A DNA stretch of 64,000 nucleotides from the NCBI RefSeq assembly GCF_006345805.1, contig NC_042998.1, positions 92,318,001 through 92,382,000 of the forward strand, given 5' to 3'. The position numbers and the translations under genes were made by a program. Under the pieces are notes generated by a model. The model was given only the letters and a program-made list of their open reading frames with translations, was not told where the DNA came from and did not search any database. Shown one piece after another: positions 60,739-64,000 of the stretch (positions are counted from its first letter, which is position 1; every line of letters begins with the position of its first letter). Source of the DNA: Octopus sinensis. Lineage: Eukaryota.

Positions 60739-61887
60739 CTTTAAAACAAGACACCTGTTTCTGTCCCTCTATCATACTTTAAGCTCTCGTCATCTGGCAC
60801 AAAGCCACCTCCTCCAATACCCACTTTCTCAAATAGTCTTTCTGTTGCAAGTTACTTGGTGATTTACTGAAGCTAGTGCCAGGTAAAATGTATCTTGTTT
60901 ACACCATAAAGTGGTTAGTGTTTGAAAGGCCATCCAGCTGTAAAAACCATGCCAAAAGATAGAGAAGCTTGGTGCAGTCCACTGCCTTGCTAGCTCCTGT
61001 CAAACTATCCAACCTATGCCATCATGGAAGACAAAAATGTTAAATGATGATGATGACGATAACAACAATGATGATGATTATATGTATGTGTGTGTGTGTA
61101 TATATATATATACACACACACACACATACATACATACATACATACAAAGGCTTCTTTCAGTTTCCATGTACCTAATTCACTTGCATAATTTTGGTTGACC
61201 CAAGGCTGTAGTAGAAGACATTTGCTCAAGGTATCATGTAACATGATTCAACCTGGAACCATATGGTTGGGAAGCAGACATTTTAACCACATAGCCATGC
61301 TTGCATCTGCACACTAATCAATATCATTATGTAACCTCTACACCCCACCTCTGTGTATGAAAGAAGTTATCATTCCTTTACAACTATGATTAAACCTACC
61401 TGACATTCAATACAACTAAATCTTCTAAAAGGGATTTATAATTAGATAATCTTAGCATCAGCAAACAGAAAGAGTGCATCATATCCTTTTTTTTTACAAA
61501 TGACTTCAACTTTAAGAACTGGCATTATTTTCAGCTTTTATACCCAATAGGTAATTCCTATAAATATTTTGAAATGTCATCTGTTTGCATATCAGAATGG
61601 TGTTTTGAATTTAAGGGTCTTTCAGTATTCCTCAGATCTATTTTTAAACTGGTTCTCTTGATAACTCATTCCAATTTGTATCAGTACTGTTCAAGAAAGC
61701 TTGCAGTCTACTTAGCTACTTATAGGACTTTGTAAATATTTGTTGTTGAAGACTGACAGAATTCCAAGATAACATTTTAGAGAGGACCTTTACTCCATTT
61801 GAAGAAAACAAATCAGGTTTTTTAAACCGTATACATATGTATAAGATTATATGTGTGTATGTATATATAATTATATATGTATATGAT

Positions 61888-61928
<41 letters not shown>

Positions 61929-64000
61929 GGCTGTGTGGTTAGGGAGCTTGCTTCCTAGCTACATGGTTTCAGGTTCAGTCCCACTGCGTGACACTTTGGG
62001 TAGGTGTCTTCCACTATAGCCCCGAGCCGACCGGAGCTTTGTGATTGAATTCGGCAGGTGGAAGTTACTGCCGTGTGTGTATGTGTGCGTATAGCTGCTC
62101 AGTGCCTCTCCGAAAGAGAGAGAGGGAGATATATATATATATTTGAAAATGTAGAGGTAACACATGACTAAGTAGATATTTATGAAAAAGAAGATTTAAA
62201 ATGCAACTTTTTAAAAATTAGCTACATTTAAATTTCTTTATATAAATACCTTAAAAATGCTTTTGTTTTACATGTTTCGGTTGTTTACAAACCTTATCAA
62301 AAATATGTACTAAAATGAAATATATAGAGAAAAAAAGTTATTAATAAAATAAACGTTCACAGTGGTTATTTCCATTAATTTTCACCTGGTAATTTCCATC
62401 TTTACATTCTGAGTTCAAATTCTGTTGAGTCAACTCTGCCTTTCATCTTTTCAGAGTCAATAAAATGAAGTACCAGTTGAACACTGAGGTCAATGTAATC
62501 AACTAGTTCCTAACCACTAAATTGCTGGTCTTACACCAAAATTTGAAACCATAATATAAGGTAGTGAGCTAGAAAAATCATTAGCATAATGCTTAGCAGC
62601 ATTTGGTTAGTTTTTATGTTCTGAATTCAGGTAGATTTCTGCCTAGCATCCTTCTGTGGTCAGTGAAATAGCACCAGTTGAGCACTGAGGTCAATGTAAA
62701 CAAATAGCTCTCATTTCCAAAATTTCAGGCCTTGTGCCTATATTAGAAAGGATTATTATTATTATTGAGTGAGAGAGCAGTGCATGCCATCAAAGTGACA
62801 CTGGAGTAAAATATACGAAGCCCAGTATACCCATCATGACTACCCGTCTGATAAGGGTACACTAGGCACATGCATTACAACCATATGTGCGCGACAAGGT
62901 GATCTCATATCAAGATAAATAGCACATGACCTTGCAGGTGGGGCCCAGTTGGAATTTTCTTCAGGTCGAGTAACCCATCCCACTCAAAAGGTCCCTGAAT
63001 AAAGGTTGTTTAAGGATGTTGAACGAAACACCCATGTTTCCAAAGGTGAATTATTCAAACCCCCAAGAATCCTTCTCAACACATGGCTATGATGCTCCCC
63101 CACTACTTCTGCTCGTGATCAAAAATGCACATATCGTCAGCCACTAAGGACATGCTCAACTGGCTAAGGTCAAACAACTGACAAGCAAATCTGTGGTATT
63201 GAGCAGAATATTTGCTGTAGCCCATCTTTTATACCAAGACAAAACAATGTACATGATAACACTTCCAATCAGTTAAGATCAGAAGCAATGAGAGCCACTG
63301 CCTGCTACTGCATAAGGGCATTATTACTATTATTATCATCATCATCATCATCATTATTATTATTATTAGTATTGTTATTATCATCATTATTAATATTCCC
63401 TGCATTTATGCAACTTAAAGCTATTATATATGATCTCGCTAAAAATCTCTCTCAACTGTTTTTTTTTTATTTGATAAGAATACTGCAAATTGCCTGAGTC
63501 TAAATATAAACATTTACATTTTACCACAATAAAAAATGATTACCATATACTAGACCAAGTGTTCAGTTATTTTTCAAACTATTGTAATCCATAAACCTTC
63601 AATAATATTCATCATCATCAAAATAAGCTAGAGTATATTTTTAATTAACAACTGTATGTTATTTATGGAAATAAATAAGCATAAACCCTTTCTTTTTGTT
63701 GTTGTTACACAAATTAAGTTGCTGACACACTTATAAATAGTAGCTGAGCAACTTAAGTTCAAAGTGTAAGTTAATAAATAATTCATTTAAGGTTTGAGAA
63801 CTGAGATGCCCTTTAGCCAGGGGCAAAGTATAGCTATGATTGTGAGGATCGGTTATAATGCAAAGTGTTTATTAACATAGTATTTTTTCCCCTAATGAGA
63901 ATGGAAGTTAGTATACTAAAGAGAAATTAAGGCTATATGATACAGTTTTAAATAAGGTGTATCAACAAATGACTTTCAAAGTTCCAAGCTAGTTTATCTT

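Noticed and set aside
57977-64000. Next upstream ANKIB1 exon (expected to end ...H.FCW)
   Set aside because: I found no matching open segment with splice sites, so it is presumed to lie beyond the window.

Overview
AT-rich eukaryotic genomic DNA. The SINE/LINE content suggests an octopus or other coleoid cephalopod (inference, not verified). The window holds the 3' part of one minus-strand gene, an ANKIB1-like Ariadne-family RBR E3 ubiquitin ligase. I traced 12 coding exons by hand between 57976 and 1890. All introns are GT-AG, the phases are consistent, and the exons total 2374 nt (about 790 aa). They encode the IBR end, RING2/Rcat, the Ariadne domain, two UIM-like motifs flanking a Cys/His-rich exon, and a long acidic/Ser-rich tail. 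The ankyrin, RING1 and early IBR exons lie beyond 64000. One intron is 35.7 kb long. The introns are filled with mobile elements: a 5'-truncated Penelope-like element (RT + GIY-YIG), an IR/DR Tc1 element, mariner relics, a non-autonomous Helitron, piggyBac-, hAT- and Tc2-like MITEs, RTE LINE fragments, several SINE families and microsatellites. The Penelope-like element sits inside a SINE with a 12-bp target duplication, and its 3' end carries a tRNA-like cassette, a perfect 29-bp hairpin and a hammerhead-like core. Most short ORFs in the supplied track are spurious.
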